A stretch of DNA of 63,574 nt, filler included, from Rozella allomycis CSF55 (taxonomy: Eukaryota), in the NCBI GenBank assembly GCA_000442015.1. It is 9 parts of 9 records of this genome, joined end to end, with 100 filler letters (N's around TTAATTAATTAA, not from the genome) between each part and the next. Parts side by side here need not be neighbours in the genome. Positions count along the whole stretch, not along the records: positions 61,098 to 63,574 come from KE560794.1; 8 more parts are not named here. The stretch is one strand, 5' to 3'. The notes under the pieces are model-generated. The model was not told the origin of the DNA. It searched no databases and saw nothing but the letters and a program-made list of their open reading frames with translations. Positions 61,859 through 63,574 of the stretch are shown piece after piece; the first letter of the stretch is position 1, and each line of letters starts with the position of its first letter. Position numbers and translations under genes: made by a program.

Positions 61859-62522
61859 CTTTATTGATTAACGATGTCTTAATCTTTTGTCTCACATACA
61901 TACCAACAGTCGTGTCGGGCTTATTTGTAACGACCTTTCTCGCATTTAGGCAGCTCACTATTTCACAATTAGATGCATCAGTTTGTCGTGGGCATGTTAT
62001 CATTGTAGCTTTCCATTCATTTTCACATAGTGATTGAAAATACAATTCCCATTCCTTTTTCATAAATCTTTGAAGTAACTACGTTGTAAAGACAAAAACA
62101 TATTACCATAAGTGGCTCACTTGGACATTCATCAAAACTATTATACAGTCTAATACATCCTTCTTGTGGATAGACAACAGCTAATTGCCAATGCGAAGCA
62201 TAATGAACTGGAGCCAACAGTATGTCCTTTTCAAAAATTGCTATTCGTTTGACAAATGGGAGTGTATTTTCGAACCCCGCTTCTTCCATAAACACGAGCA
62301 TAAAAGTCGTAATTGACGCAACATTTTCATTTTCCTCCTCCAAGAGCTTAAAGTATTTGTTGATAATCTATTTACTTCTTGTAAATTTCGTTCCTGATCG
62401 TCAAGCCATGCACAATCAGAGTCGAGTGCTGACAACCAACTGAAATCCTCTCGATATTCGTCCTCACGAGATGCCTGTGACAAATCAATAACATTGCTGT
62501 CTTCTGGTTTTCTTTTTTTCAA
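61848..62522 (-). pseudogene. Ulp1/C48-family cysteine protease, frameshifted
   Basis: WLDDQ, DILLAPVHYASHWQLAVV...LYNS, short intron, CPRQTDASNCEI; catalytic D replaced by N and DCG by NCE. Confidence 0.75.
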
Positions 62523-63124
62523 TGTCGTGCTGCCTGACGGATTCTATCGTAACTAGATACTTTATGCAGAACTAAAAATTTGTCATAAGTTTCAAATGAT
62601 TTGATATAAAAATATACCGCCTGTGCTGCTTCATATGAACTTTTTAACTTTGACGTCTTGTTAACCCACGTTTTACACCACTACAAAGGTGGAATAAGAA
62701 CATCATTTGGAAACCCATGCTTGGAATTAATTTTTGCTTCATCAAAAGTATGTCCATTTTCAAAAATATAACTTCGAAATATAGCGATATGAGATGTCAC
62801 ATTTGTTGGATAAGAGGAAATAATTTTCTTGTAAATTGGAAAAACTGGTTTGTAATTTGGATATTTTTGACAAAGACATTCAATATTATTGCATACATAT
62901 TTGCTCCTTCCTCGCCGAGCACCCTTTTGAATTTTTGTTGTCCTCATCTAAATAGCTTCAGGCGTTGGCGGTGGGGTTGGCGGAGGCGTAATATCATCAT
63001 TAATGATCTTAAACGTTTTCAAAGTTTTAGACACTGCATTTGTAACAATATTGTAGATTGCACAAGAGTTCAAGACCCCTGTCCCTTCGCTGATTTCCGA
63101 AATTTCTTATTTGTTCTTTGTAGT

Positions 63125-63382
63125 TAATTTTCACAAATTTTTTGAATGTCCTGTAGTCAGTGCACCATATTGGTTACAATTTATAGGTTACATTAATGAT
63201 AAATTCAACATTCAATTAAAAGAATCTAGTTTATCGGCTTATATCATGTTCTTTGAAACATTAAATCTAGGGAAGCCTTCGAAGGAAGAAATAGACATCC
63301 TCATGGCACATTCCTATGCTCTTGAAGTTTTGAAGAAAAATTTACTTATTAAATAAATTCTTTTAACTTTTTAAAAAAAAAA
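63125..63382 (+). mobile_element. 5'-truncated LINE 3' end (zf-RVT-like C-terminus plus poly(A))
   Basis: HKFFECPVVSAPYWLQF resembles the H.FF.C....W end of LINE zinc knuckles, and the stop is followed by an A run at 63373-63382. Related peptides at ~51060 and ~51655. Confidence 0.55.
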
Positions 63383-63574
63383 CCTCGGTAAGTCCAGTTT
63401 TTTTCACTGTTCCTAAGAAAAACAAGTTTATAAACCAACGTTATGTATGAATGATTAGAAATTTATCGAATGCGTGACTAAACATTACAAAATTCCCATC
63501 TCTCTTATCTAATAATCAAATACAAATATGTTTATCAAGGAGATCCATTGTCACCACATCTATATAATATTGTT

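Overview
AT-rich, gene-dense eukaryotic scaffold with ultra-short (~24-30 nt) spliceosomal introns, a dynein-assembly gene (ZMYND10, implying flagella) and Crinkler-type genes. This fits an early-diverging zoosporic fungus or cryptomycete such as Rozella (inference, not a database result). The draft assembly is rough: N-gaps carry an artificial TTAATTAATTAA linker, and single-N joins duplicate neighbouring sequence. The core block (5-36 kb) holds housekeeping genes: F-BAR/SH3, ZMYND10, mitochondrial L36, TRM112, an ABCC transporter, 2x tRNA-Val, TAPT1/EMP65, a Nudix hydrolase, NBP35, NCS6 and RAD50. CEG1, a DEP-RGS protein, the BCKDH E2 subunit and a PDCD2-like gene follow. Mobile relics include an APE-RT-RNaseH LINE, CRE-like and zf-RVT LINE ends, chromo-Gypsy fragments, a tyrosine recombinase and a Ulp1-like protease. 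Most notable: (1) a frameshifted, internally deleted Polinton-like-virus-type major capsid gene at 2125-2840; (2) three introns in conserved genes that lack a usable AG and appear to end in AATG (GT-TG); (3) a dispersed, highly conserved ~35-bp micro-element; (4) a 5-kb decayed island between two identical tRNA-Val genes.
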